NCBI GenBank assembly: GCA_012295275.1
Contig: CM022665.1
Location: forward strand, 1,984,001 to 2,048,000
DNA: 64,000 bases
Direction: 5' to 3'
Origin: Chrysomallon squamiferum
Lineage: Eukaryota; Animalia; Mollusca
Part shown: positions 1 through 13,640 of the stretch, in pieces
Position numbering within the stretch: the first letter of the stretch is position 1
How the letters are laid out: every line of letters starts with the position of its first letter
Notes under the pieces: generated by a model
Databases searched by the model: none
Told to the model about the DNA's origin: nothing
The model's input: only the letters and a program-made list of their open reading frames with translations
Program-made: the position numbers and the translations under genes

Positions 1-660
1 ATAAATGTGAAATGCAGAATTTATTGATTTTATTTTCTCAAATTCATTTTGTAATTTAGTGATTCCAGATTTTCATGAATTTATTAAATTTTGTAAATCT
101 GTAAAATGCACGATTCATTTACTTCATTTTCTCAAATTTGCTTTATAAATTTTTAATGAATTAAGTAAATTTTATAAATTTATGTTGTATGTTTTATTTC
201 CTGAAATTCGACTAGATTTTCCTGAATTTAATTATTCATAAATCTCAAAAATATATTATTCAGTTATTTTAATTATGAATTTTAGCTGCAAAAATATACA
301 GTATGCATTATATTAAATTCTAAAACAAAACTTTATAAAAATAACATTTATTATTTTTGTTTTCTGAAATTTATTATTATGAATTTTGTTTATTTTTTTA
401 AATTAGTAAAATGCATGATTAAAGTATTTTACTTTCTGAAATTTAATTTTGAATTTACTAATGTCAGATTTTACTGAATCCTTCAACTTTTATAAAATAT
501 AAAAATGAATCATTCATTGATTTTATTTTCTGAAATTTAGATAGTCTGTGTATAATTTTTCACAAATCTGTAACATTGCAGTTCATTGATTTTCAGTGCT
601 CTGATTTTTCTATGTAATTTATTAATGGTAAATTTGATAAATCTATAATACAAGTTTTGG
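1..660. repeat. Degenerate AT-rich tandem repeat (old minisatellite-like)
   Basis: Recurrent TTGATTTTATTTTCTGAAATTT-like and GTAAAATGCA-like words near 24, 121, 192, 352, 427, 517 and 587. Confidence 0.5.
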
Positions 661-1082
661 TGATTTAATTAATTAAATTTTGGTTTATTTAAAAATTAAT
701 AACGACCATATAATTTTCATGTTTACTCCACAGAACAGTCTTAATTAGTTTTCAAAATTAACGAACCTTGTCTTCAGTTACTTCATTAAAACCTGCATAA
801 TTAATCTTTTAAAAATAATAATAAAATATTAAAGTACTGATAATATTGCAAACTGCTGGATCTGTATGCAAAGCAAGCATGTTACAGTGATGATTATTAT
901 TATTTTCTAAATTAGGTTTCATGAAAGAATTTAATCATATTGTTTTTGGTTTATTTATACAAGATGAAGAAGAAAGTGAATGAGAAATTAGAAGAAAAAA
1001 TAAATATTATAACAGTCAACTTAACTTCGATACAATACTGTTTGTTATTTTTGATATTATTACAATTAAAAATTAGAATCTT

Positions 1083-1239
1083 AAAATGATAATATTAACA
1101 ATAGTATTAACAATGTGATAGTAATAATGGTAATGTGAAAATGATAATGATAATAATACAGCAAGAATAACAATAATAACAGTAATGATAGTAACAATAG
1201 CATCTATAATAATGATGATGATGATGATGATGATGATGA
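1083..1239. repeat. Imperfect (AAT)n grading into (GAT)n microsatellite
   Basis: Seen directly; pure (ATG)n at 1212-1239. Confidence 0.9.
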
Positions 1240-4200
1240 CACTGATATTTAAATAATAAATATCTGTATGACACAATGACTATTGAAAAACAAAACAAAA
1301 ATCCTATAAAATTTAATCATTCATCAAGACTCGTTCCATTTTACTGTCAAATCATGTGAACTAATATTTATTCAGAAAGAAAACTAATTAACATTTTTAA
1401 AATTTACTTCTTTAAAATGTATTGGTTTAAATTTCTTGAAAGTTTTCTCAAACGTGGTTACATAATGGTATTATTTTTCTAAATGGGTTTCACTATCTGG
1501 AATCAGTGAGTGAGTAGAGAAAAGTGATATGTCAATGTGACTTGAAATCTTAATGTTTTATTAGATTCCATTCAACCTGAAAACAGATAAACCTTTTTTT
1601 TTTCTCATTATCTCTTTTTTGAAATTCATAAAACTCAAACAACTGTCTGTGTAGAAAGAAATCGTGAGTGTTTGCATGTTTAGTGTGTCATGTTATAGTG
1701 CATGCACTTTCATGCACGTGTATATCTCAGTCTAAATATGTCTGTAAATTTTATGTACATGCGCATGTTTATTTGTCTGTAACAGCATGTGAGTTTTTGT
1801 TTTTGTTTTTGTTTTGGTGTGTTTGTATGTGTGTATAACATATTATAGTAGTATTTAACAAAGCCTAGCCCAAGTCAAAATTAAAAAAAAAAGAAAAAAA
1901 AGAAAGAATTAAATTGAAATCATGGCTCTATATATAACAGAATTAAAGAAAGTTTAAATACAAAAATGACAATATTTCTAGAACACAGTTTCCATAACAC
2001 TCTGAACTTGTGATGAGTAAATATGTTAATATTTAGCTTATGTGAAAGTAATATACATTTAGCAGTAAAATGTTTCTGATAATGTATATAAAAATATCGC
2101 TTATATTCAATAACTAATGTATTTCTATCCTGGGTGTACCTAATCATCCATTATTTATAAACATTCAGAGGAACCAAGGAAAAGTGAAACTAAATTTATG
2201 CCAAAGGTTTTAATTCAAATTGCCTTTTCATTTGGAAAATTTCTTCAAAGATTTCCAAGAATGTGAAGTCAAAGACAAACTTCAAAATGTGAAATTATAT
2301 ATTTCTGACAGGTCAAAATCATGATTTTATGATTTTCATAAATTTGAAAAAATTTATTGCTAAACAATGTATTTATGAGAAATCAATACGACACCAGTGT
2401 AGTGGTCTTCTGTATATTAGTAATTAATGCCTCTTCTAGTCACTTTTTTCTCATTGTCAAAACTAATTTATGTAATTAGAAAGAGCTTAGTTAAATCAGA
2501 TAAATCACATGTCTGATGAGGTCACAAATGTCAAGGAAGTGTAATTTAAACTTTTAAAATTATTTTCTTTGGAAAAAAAATATGTAAATAAAAAAAAATA
2601 AAAAAGCAGACTTTTCATGACTCAAATATAACAAAACAATGTTATCTAGTAAATGGAAACTGATGAATAAATGTCATTTTGACTATTTGAATTGATTTAC
2701 ATAAAAACATAAAATTCAACATAAAACGATTCACTTTGTTTTTAGAATTGTGAACTCATATCAGCTTGTGATCAGAAGATTTTTAAAGTTTCATTTTTTT
2801 CTTATATAGTAGTGTTTAATTTTTATGATCTAAAAATTTTTTTAATAGATATATTCATGTTTTATTTTCCAAACAGAAATATTGTTTGTTTTCAAACTGC
2901 TATAATTAAAAGTACAAGTGTTATATAAATCAGGCCACAAACTGTTCATAAAGAAATTTCCTTTGTTTAAGAACAAAATTATTATTATTTAATATAGTGA
3001 ATAAAATCACAGAGACCCTGGTAACCTAATAATTTTAATAATACACTTTAATTTATATATTAGTTGTTTGTTGTTTTTTAAAATAAACTTAAGACAATAA
3101 ACTTTCAGCTGACTCTGAAAACTTCCAAAATTGCAGCCTTTAACAAAAAAAACAAAAAATAAACAAAAAAACCCCCACATGGAAACAAAAACAAAAGAAA
3201 ATATAAAGAAGAGAAAAACATTCTGAAAAATCAAACATTATCTGTGATCTGAACTGGAATTGAGGAATCTGGCAATTCTCAACAACATATACAAACAGCC
3301 ATGAGCCCAATTAACACTGCACGACTGGCAGAGTTGACCACTTTTCCATCTAATCAAAGATGCATTTTCAATCTGATACGTGGACCTGGTCTATCAAAAG
3401 GAAATTACACCAGGAATAATCAGAGCTCTAGATCTTGAGTACTGGAGAAATTGAACCAGCAACATTCCTACACTAAATCACAGAAGCCACTTGAAAAATA
3501 CATGTAACAACTGGCACCTATTACTCTTTGCCTATCTGCACCAGTAATGGTCATTATGCCGATACCCAAATCCTTTGAGCAGACCAAATTTGGCTGATAA
3601 AGCTTGAAAACTAACAGAGGCCCATGCCATGATCCTGTGTTGTCAATCAATGTGTGATTTCTCATTAACTTGCCAAAGTCCTCTAATACAGCACAGTTGG
3701 ATCACACCTTCTAGGTGCAGAATTGTGCCAACATGACGATGTTGCAGTTCAATCTCATGCAACTGCACAAAAATGATAATCAGCAGATTTTCCATTATGC
3801 CAGCTTTTTGCCTAATTCAACTCTCCAAGTGTCATGAATGTTAATAGAAAAATATCAGATCCATAAGACATGAAAAACTGTCCCTGTATTTCTTCCTGAA
3901 AAAGAGATTTTTGGCGTTGAAACAGGCTAAGTTTTTATCACCTTTCCTGTGAAATGATTGGTCATTCTCTATGGATTTTCAGAGTCATTGGGATTAGGTG
4001 GAAATCCTTATAATGCGGGCGTTATGAATAACGAGATATTGAATGCATTACGAGAAGACTGAAATTTGTAATAACGGGAGACTAGGATAGGCAAGGCAAG
4101 CCATCTTCTAAAGATTAGTTGGCACAATCCGTCTGAGCATATGGACTCGTAAAACCAACACAGTTGGCATTTTAACTGCACTTTTAGAAGGAAAGTATCA

Positions 4201-5136
4201 AACCCCAGTAATCACGATGCAATTTCCAAGACACTTTGATAGAATAAAATTTGTTTTATCTGTCAAAGACACTGTTCTCTGCTCTGACTGACAGGAATAA
4301 AACGTATTATCACACACTGTATGCAAGAAGCAAAAATGAAACAAAAAAACCAAACCAAATAACGACACAATAACAACAGAAAAAAAAGATTTAAAAAAAA
4401 ATATATAAAAAAAAGAGAATATATTTGCATAAAATGTTTCTGGCTAGTTATTATCAGGGAGTTAATATATCAGATAAAAGACCAATACAAGTGATATTAC
4501 ATACACCAAAAAGACCTTTAATTAAAGCAAGTGTATAGTGTTTTATAGCAAATTAATGCAATGTCTATCTGCATAATCAACATCAAAGTATATGTAATTG
4601 CTTTTTTCAACTCTTTATCAGATGTTACAGGCTGCATGTAAAATTATTTTTTTTTATTATTTTTTATTTTGTTAAAAAGCTCAGTTTATTTTATTTCTCT
4701 GTTTATAAAACAAAAATACATAATTAGTTCTTCCATTTGTTTTTTGTTATTTTTAAATTAAAGATCTTTGTTTATGATGACCTTTATGTAAATTTACTGC
4801 ATTATTAATGTTTCTTTTTCAGTAAACCAATATGGATACCAAATGTTTCTGTCATCAAATATCTAATTTATTTTTGCAATAGTTCACAGAAGGTGAGTGG
4901 GTACTTGTGTTTTTCCATATTTACAGTAAAGTGAAATACTAAATAATTATTACAGAAAAAAAAAAAAAACCCACAACTATTTCACTTGTGAAATTTAAAT
5001 ATTTAAATTTTTTAAAAGCACCAAATTTAAAAAAGAAAAAGATGTTTCAATGGTTTTCGAGGTGCTGGTTGTTTCTTTAAGTGAAGCTGTTTTTAAACAA
5101 AAATTATGAAACAAAACTGAGTAAGACAACACTTAC

Positions 5137-5294
5137 AGATAAATGCTGGAAGAGCCAAGCACGCATGATGTTTGTTGCAACTTTGGGAAATATTCCTCGC
5201 TTTTTCTGTCTCTTGTTGGGATTCCTCTCCCCTGTTCCATCATCTTCCCCTTCTGTGCCCTCCCCTGAACCAATGCTGTTGTCAAGACCATCAC
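5137..5294 (-). CDS. Meis: Meis/homothorax TALE homeobox coding exon (equivalent to vertebrate MEIS exon 8; N-terminal arm and helix 1 of the homeodomain)
   Basis: Minus strand reads ttattatattgttgcag|GT GAT GGT CTT ... CAT TTA TCT|gtaagt. 158 nt, phase 1 in, phase 0 out. Translates as (G)[74 protein letters not shown] is the Meis/Hth signature, and the intron after HL(S/T) is at the conserved position. Confidence 0.98.
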
Positions 5295-7233
5295 CTGCAA
5301 CAATATAATAAAATACATTAAAATAAAATTAAGATTATTACAATATTTTATTTTATAACTAGACAGAGATAGGTAAATGTATGAGAATACAGAAATGAAA
5401 TCATTATAAAGTGTAAAAAAAATAAAATAAAATAAAATATGAAATTTTAAAACTGAAGGTACAACAGATGAACTAGTCAGTATAAAGGAATGACTAGTTA
5501 AAAAGAAAAAAATATTTATATTAGAAATACACCAATGATTTTAAACTGAAAAAAGCTGGATGGAAGGATGATTGAATGGGTGACAAGATAGATGGATTAC
5601 TAAAAACTATGACAAAAAATGTAAAGAAAAATATTTAAAATTAATAATAAATAAATAAATATAAATAAATAAATAAATAAATAAATAATCTCAAAATTAT
5701 ATAATAATAAAAACAATATATAAATGTTTAATTGAATTATGTTTGATAACTGTTCTCTTTACCATTCTCTGTGTATATTTTAGTAAGATATTAATCACTT
5801 AAACTATGACAATTATTTTCCCTGTAACCATCAAACATTTCACTGTCTGGTATAAAGTAAATGGGATTTTATCTCCCTCTTAATAGTTTCCTATTACCGG
5901 GGGTAATAATTGTGTAGGGTAATTCCAAACACAGCACAGTCTACAATGCCTGGAACAAAATTACTGCTTACAGCTTTAGTCAAAGAAAAGGCAGCCACAC
6001 TGCCAAGCCTAAATGCGGTCATATAATAAAGATTAATTTGCTATCAATTGGCAAAGTATCAAGCTCTAGTTAGAGCATGATAACAGTTAAATATGAAGGA
6101 AAAGCACATGAAGATTTTATCTCTGCCAAAGTAAATATTAACATGGCATTTAGTGCTGTAGCAGTTACATCAATTTAATATACCATCATGTGACACAGTA
6201 CAAATAATAAGCCAGCTGGAAGTTACAGTTAAATATACTATAGCAAAGAGGACAATTAATACAGCTTAGGAAAATGGAAATGTAGAAAAGAAAAAAAAAA
6301 AGAAGGAAATGTTGACAAAAATCTTTAAACATTCAGAAGAAATATTTTAAAACTTAAATAGAATATTGGTGAAAATAAGACTACAAATACTAATATATCT
6401 GTGATGATGGTATTTGTGTGAGATGGAAATAAAGGCATAAACACTGCAGCATTTGTATGTATTTGTATGTTCACACATGTTCATGAATGAGAAAATAAAC
6501 AGTGTTTATAAATGTGTTTTTGTCATATATCTTCTTTTTTTTCTTTTTTTTTCAAAAGAAAAGGAAAACACATTCACTTTGATTTTAATTTTAACTCTTT
6601 AAATAAAAAATAAGTCCCTGTTCATTTTGCACTGTAAATGAGGTGGCACAGATGGTGATCAGAGTATCAGTGTTTTGAGTGTGTTAAAGTGTCATTACAC
6701 CCAGTAATCCACTGCAGCTCACACAGTGTGTGGTAAGAAAGCTAAAAACAAATCTCAACACAAGCAGGTCACTCTGGTCATTGTCCGTAATTCCCATTGT
6801 CACTTTACAAGCTGTTAGTCTCTACAGTCAGTTTTTGCTACAAACACACAATTTAGTTTTACACACAATGTGAAAAATAACATCATTGAAAAGTGAAAGG
6901 CCTCCCATCCTCCAGTAATGATATAATGCCAGGGGCAGTTGTGGCTGAGAGGGCACAACCAGAGAGATTCAAGTTATCAATTTAATTTCTTGGACAAATA
7001 GTCAATTGCCTGAAGACTGCCTTGTGATGCAATGCAAAGCAACTCTGTTTACATATAAAACAGTCTAGGGGGCATTACCCTTTAATGCCACTAATTCACT
7101 TAAGAAGGCTTAAGGATGTATTGCTTTCAAATAAGTTTGAGAAAGTCATGGATGTACACACACACATAGAAACAGTATGACAAATACATGCATATACACT
7201 TATTACACTTTTACACTTGGACATATAAATAAT

Positions 7234-7235
<2 letters not shown>

Positions 7236-7293
<58 letters not shown>

Positions 7294-7309
7294 CATATAT
7301 ATATATATA
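7236..7309. repeat. (CA)n plus (TA)n compound microsatellite
   Basis: Seen directly. Confidence 0.97.
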
Positions 7310-9258
7310 CAACCATATAGGCAATATTCAGTTACACACTGTTATAGACACAGAAGCACACACATACACATATACTTATTTACACACACAGACATACAAA
7401 CAGAAAACACTCATACAGACATACAGTCTCTGGCAGACTAATACTGTTTTTTGATGTGTAATTAATTAAATGCTTATTCTGGGACAGTGCCTGCCAGATA
7501 AACCAGCTGTTCTGATTACTTTCTGATACACATAGTAATTATTCTCAAATTTCACACTTAAATTTGTAAATAAACAAAGAAAACAAAATGGCTTTCAGTA
7601 ATCTCTGTTCACTGATATAGGGAAAAATCCATTAATAAAAATAAATTTAAAGGACAAGAAGAAATAAAAATTAAATTATAACTAAAAAGCAGAAACAGGA
7701 GATTCCTATGTGCTCATCACTTTATTATTTTTGTTTTAAAAATACTTCTTGTGTCTGTGTCAGAATTAATTATCATGTCTGATTCAGTTTCTTTCTCAGT
7801 ATAATACATTATAATTTCAAAGTGGCAACCTTGAGTGGGGATAGGTAGAAAAACTTTATCAAATTTTAAATTTATTATTTAATGTATTTTCATAGTGTTT
7901 AAAAATAAAAATAAAAATCCCAAACACACAAAAGGTAGTTTCTGTCCCAAAATAAAATTTTCTTTTTTCCTTTTTCTGAAAATTAAAAATCAAATAAATA
8001 AATATCCCAGCTATATATATTATTTAAATAGTAAAACCCAGAATAATGTTTTTCTTTTACATATATTTAATAAAAAAGAGTAAAAACAATAATAAAAAGA
8101 AAAAAAGCAGAATTAAAATAAATATTAAAAAATACAACACTTAAAAATTTCAATTAACTAAACATTTACTACAGGACAATTAAACTACTTTGTTTAAATG
8201 CTGAACTATATATAAACATAAAAATCAATTTTTAAAATGTATATTCTGTGAAGAATGCAAAATGATGACATGAAAAGCAGATTTTGCAATTACAGTTAGT
8301 GATGAGTGGCTATGTGGGAAACATCAGAAAGTCGTTTTTCAGATGAGAAACTTTAATTTTGCTAAGAGGAAAAAGTAATAGTTGTGTGAAAGAAGTCCCA
8401 AAGTATTTTTCTCTCGAGTGCAGTTCCCAGTTCTTTAATAAATAATCAATGAGAGTAACCATGTCAGGTTGACAGGGACCAAGTATCTCATATCTACACT
8501 TTGCTAACATTTTACTTAATTTTACGCAGATAACGTGTCACATCTTTCAGTGTGTTTTTTCAACTTGTCAGTCTGTCTGTGTACTCTGTCAGTCACATAT
8601 CTCAAAACAGCAATCACACCAACCTCAAGTGGAGTTTTTTTCTTCTCAAAGTTTTTATTAAACACAGTGTCCACTCTTGATCACTTTTATTACAAATACT
8701 TTGATAGACAGACCACGATGTATGAAGTGTTAACAATCAAATTCTGACTTTAACCATTTTAGTCTTGCATTAAGTAAATATTTGCACATGTTTCACACTT
8801 CTGTGTACATTTTAAATTTTATCCTTTTTTTTTTTAAATGTTCTTGTAATTTTTAGCTTCTAGATGAATACAGACTAATATTTCAATTTCCAAAAAATAG
8901 CTGTATTTTTTTACATTTTTGTTTGAGAATATAAATTTAAGTTTTAAAAACAATTAGAATAATTTTTTTAAATACATTTATCTAATTGTTTTATGTATTT
9001 AAAAAAATTATTCAAGTTTCCTTTCAGTTTATTATTTTAAATCTATACATTAAAGAAGTTTCCTGAGATATATACAAAAAGATTTTTTTTTCCTGTAGCT
9101 GTGGTCAATATTTGCAATGTTTACAGTACGTGTATATCTACAGACAGTATCACTATCAGGCTTCAAATGATGAAGTGAGACCACGAGGCTGTGGCTGCTG
9201 AAGATAAAATTCATTATCCTCTGTTCTCCGACTTCCTTGGCACGGAAAATAGGTCCAA

Positions 9259-9290
9259 CTGTCATGGCCAGTTTAAAACACCATCCATCA
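9259..9290 (-). promoter_or_regulatory. Candidate Hox-Pbx-Meis trimeric binding element
   Basis: Minus strand TGATGGATGG (9290-9281), a 16-nt spacer, then TGACAG (9264-9259), inside a GC-richer island. Confidence 0.4.
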
Positions 9291-10928
9291 ACCTGCGCAC
9301 CATGCCTGAATCTCATTTTGATGTATTGTGAAGCCCTTTTCTAACAAGCTGGCCAGGAAATTTGGTTGAAGGTAGAGACTGGTGAAGCACAGGTAATGGC
9401 CAGACATCAAAAAGAATCAAACAACACCATTATTCTCCAGGGAAATTTCTCTTAGGCTGTCGAAGGAACACAGGGATCCAGATTTGAACTTGTCACTTTG
9501 CATTTTAATACAGCCTGCTCAGGTGATGAGAGTTAAAGCAAATGAAATTAATTATTAACTTGTACAGAGTGTCAATGAGACTGCTAAAACAAACATGATG
9601 CATTATTGATTATTACCAACAGTGAGAAGTGCAGAAATCTGATCAACATTATGAGCAAAATAGATTTTCTTTTTCTTTTTAAATCACATCTTATTTTCTT
9701 AATTATAAATGAATGATTTTTTTTTTTTTTTCAAAAGATAAAAATTATAATTTTAATGTTGAAGACAAATCTGGGTTGAAAATCTGTCAGTGACGCGACA
9801 GATTTCTCTTTGTTATTAGATTTGATTACTTTGTCTCTTTATCAACTTACTTTTTTTTTTCTTTTTTTTTTAATAAACTGTTTTTATGTTTTTTTTCCCC
9901 TACATATCCTAATTTTATTAACAACAAAGAAAATGATGTTGTTTCAGAAAAGGTTATTAAATCATACAGAAAAACAGAATATACATTTTATACTCTGCCA
10001 ACAAATGTACATATCCACCCATTTGTCTGCACACAGAACATACACAGACACACACGTACACAACCATTTTTCTCTTATTTATCGAAATCAACATTTGCAA
10101 GACATTAAATAAAATTTCAGATAACTGGCTGTCTGGGTTTGATGCCAAACTTAAAATTACCAGCATATTATTTTACATAAGGAATTACACCTTTACCTTT
10201 CTGTAAATATATTTACCTGTTTGGAAACTATTTTGACATTGTACTTTTGCTTTGATAAAATAAAATAGCGCCCCCTCCAAAAAAAAAAAAAAAAAAAAAA
10301 GAAGAAGAAGAAAAAAGAAGAAGCAGAAGAAAAATCCCCTCTCCAGAAACAGACACATATCTGAAAGATCATTCTAAAATAAAAAAATTCAGAGATAAAA
10401 AACCTGTAATTAGCAGTTGACAGCTAATTTATTACATGACCAAAAATAGTAAATAAACTAAACTATTAACATAATCAAATAACAACGGCATTTTATAGTG
10501 ATACAATGCAACACCCTGTATTCGGGTGTGTGTGTGGGGGGGGCAGTCTCACTAAATGTATGTATCAAAACACTGTAACACATTAACGCACAATGCTGTT
10601 TGATGCTGGAGGCATTAAAGCCTAATATTAATTACTGAAAAATTATATGAGTTCAATTGTTGCTTGTAGACAAGTGTACAAAGAGAAGTGAGACACTGTG
10701 ATGGAGTGGTGAACCGTGAATCTTGGGTAGATCTTAGCCGGCTGGAAGTCAGATGATCCACACAACAGTGTCTGCACAAGGGTCAAACTGCTTTGTGTGT
10801 GTGTGTGCTATATGATGACATCTAACAACTGACTGGGATCATCAGTGCATTGCTACCCCACCCAGAGAACTCAACAAAGTGTGTGAACTGTCTGCTGTAA
10901 TATTAGTGTTGTCATTATCTTTGTTAAA

Positions 10929-10930
<2 letters not shown>

Positions 10931-10973
<43 letters not shown>
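10931..10973. repeat. (GT)n microsatellite
   Basis: Seen directly. Confidence 0.97.
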
Positions 10974-10975
<2 letters not shown>

Positions 10976-11203
10976 AAGGGAAGCATGTATGTGTGAGTGT
11001 ATTTGTATATGTAAATGTCTGTCAATCTCAGTGTGATGTTTATCTTAGTTGTTTAATTTGAGGTCTGCATATATTATGTTTGTGTATAGTGTGTAAAAGT
11101 ATGTGTGTAAGTATCTGCATGTTTATCTGTGTTTGTGTGCACATGTATTTAAATGTGTCTATTGATAAGTCAGTGTTTTCACCACCAGCCATGCAATAAT
11201 GTC

Positions 11204-11205
<2 letters not shown>

Positions 11206-11281
<76 letters not shown>
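11206..11281. repeat. (TG)38 microsatellite
   Basis: Seen directly. Confidence 0.97.
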
Positions 11282-11283
<2 letters not shown>

Positions 11284-13189
11284 CACACTCATATTAATAT
11301 GTCTTGTGTTTTCTTACTTATCCAGAGTAATGAGGAACAGCCTGCAGGAAATATTTCTGCACATGTCAATAAACTGATTGATGAAAACCAATATTTTTCA
11401 TACATTATGAACAAATTAATGATCAAGTTTTGTGCATCCCGCAGTACCTGACCTGTCTACTCGCACCGAAGAAAGCCACGGGCACATTTCTGATCATGGC
11501 AAAATATCTTAAGTTCAAAAATTGAGTTTGTAAAATGTACTTTTTTTTTTCATGTCAGACATTTTATTTGACAAACAAATCTGATAAAGCCAGCAGGATG
11601 ATGTATTGCTGTCTGTTGTGAAAGTGACACGTGCTGTCAAATGAGTTTCTGATTATCTTTCAACATGAGCTTTTTGCACCTTTGCCCATTCAAACTCAAT
11701 AAACGTGGCTCAATAATGTCTGACGTAAGTATCACTTCTGTCTCTGGTTAATTACTTATCTCACAAAGAGATGTATAACAACAAGATGTATATCATCTAT
11801 GAAATGTTGTCTGTTTGCTGAAATTTGTGATGTCTCTCTTGATAAATAAATAAACAAACAAACAAACCAAAGAACTGACGAAAAAAAAAAAAATGAACTA
11901 AGTGAGCAAATGAATAAGAAATAATGACAAATAACGACTGAATGAACCAAAATAAATACATAAATAAATAAGACTTCAGTGATTAATTTATAATACATTT
12001 TTTTTTTCACTGTCTAATTTATATTTTCTATATAAATAATAATTGTTTCCACTGACAAACTGGAAGTTATTCACTTTACTATGTCAGTGTCAAAACTATT
12101 CCATTCCTGTTTTGATGTTACAAATCTAAACACAGTGAAAAAGAAATAATTAAAATAATTAATAAATCTTTCTTTCCAGTAAGTTAAGCAGTAAAGGAAG
12201 AAAAAAAGAAGGAAATGCTGAGTTTATATATCAGAAAATTGATAATAAAACTTTTGATGAACTGATAATTTTGTACTTAAAATCTGATTGTGCTAAAAGC
12301 ACAAAATTTACATAAATGCCATATAAAGTAATTAAGATTTTGTTTTTGCCTTTATAATTAAATTTAAAAAAAAACAATAACAAAAAATAAAAATATTAAA
12401 ATAATTACTAAAAACAAAACAAACAAAAATAATTTTAAAAAGTTGGTATGCAGTGTGAGTTTATATTTGTATGAAATAAAATATTATTCAATTTGTTTAG
12501 AAGTAATATCTTTTCATAGTTTCATCAAAGTTAGCTGCCTTACAGGTTCTATGATGTTGAAAAGATACAAAAGTTTATTCTTAATCCCAAATTAAATAAT
12601 TGATGATTATAATAATGATATTTTGAAAATAAAATGAAAAAGATGAAAAACAAATAATAAAATCTAAAAATCTAAAAAAAAAAAAATATATAACCAAAAA
12701 ACATTATCTAATTTCTATGATAAAACTAAAATTATTTCATAAAACTGATCGTCATCTGGCTCATGATGAATTTAACATACGTATTAATTTTTGTTGTATT
12801 TTAATTTACTCTGACAATAAATGATGATGGCTGATAAATTAATCATTGAGAAAATCCAATAAACACAAAACAGTGTGCAACCAACAGTCACATGCCATGC
12901 CTCGCTGAACATAATGTGTAGAAATTTAAAATGCAATCTGCCACATACATGATGTTTTTATTTTTGATCATTTCTGTCTGATAATACACCCATTATGACT
13001 GACCTTTAGCAATGATCATATTACCTATGTGCTGGCCTTTATAACCATCCAATTACAACAAGGGAGAGGTCTAACCTGTGTATGCTGGAACAGTAAGCGA
13101 AATGTTGTCTGTTTTTGACAATATCTGTGACCAGAAAATATTTATCGCTTGCAATATATTTATTGCTCATAGAATCAATCAGAAAAATT

Positions 13190-13640
13190 AACAATGGCAG
13201 TACTTATAAGACGGATGTCAGAGTCATGTGTTTGTGACAGTCAAAGAGATTGCTGTGGACTGATCCACATGCTGCCATTGTTGTGCGGGCATCCACGGCT
13301 GTTTGTGGCAGGCCATTTCCACGCACCCCAGGATACGAGTTGTGTGGAGACTCACAACTCGTCGTCCAATAGCACTGTACAGACGGCATCTCTCAACAAC
13401 AATGCCCTCTGGTGATCGAAGTGGAAACCAGTCTCCGAGGGACGATCGTTTTTCAGTGGGCCGACTCACAGACACTGTGATCGTCATCACCTGAACGTGT
13501 AGAGAATCCCACACGCATCTCTCGCAGGAAAATCATCCTGTACCGTAGCAGTGCACAGAATGCATAATTCATGATTTTATCAAGTCCACAATACGATTCT
13601 TTGCAGATCTTCTCGGTTATCCGAGTCATCTTGCAATGTC
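13190..13640. other. CpG-rich, GC-rich, hairpin-dense intronic element
   Basis: Many CG dinucleotides in an otherwise CpG-depleted intron. Perfect 10-bp inverted repeat ACGAGTTGTG/CACAACTCGT (13335-13362) plus several shorter stems. Confidence 0.7.
13453..13490 (-). CDS. Candidate alternative (terminal or poison) Meis exon, coding part GDDDHSVCESAH-stop
   Basis: ttctctacacgttcag|GT GAT GAC GAT CAC AGT GTC TGT GAG TCG GCC CAC TGA, read in the phase left by the 32093 donor. It starts with the same cag|GTGATG as the real exon. Minus-strand AATAAA at 13164-13159. No transcript evidence. Confidence 0.3.

Larger units (their letters stand above)
1..5136 (-). other. Meis: Meis intron interrupting the homeobox (more than 5.1 kb, acceptor outside the window)
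   Basis: Donor GTAAGT at 5136-5131. The next expected exon (HPYPSEEQKKQL...) was not found in 1-5136. Confidence 0.8.

Noticed and set aside
2513-2545. CTGATGAG hammerhead core-like word
   Set aside because: No stem II or downstream GAAA core.
5081-5318. Track ORFs 5081..5308 (+) and 5133..5318 (-)
   Set aside because: Antisense and wrong-frame shadows of the real Meis exon at 5137-5294.
13194-13514. Four overlapping 61-96 aa ORFs
   Set aside because: A by-product of local GC richness; none resembles a known protein. Only the short spliced frame is kept as a hypothesis.
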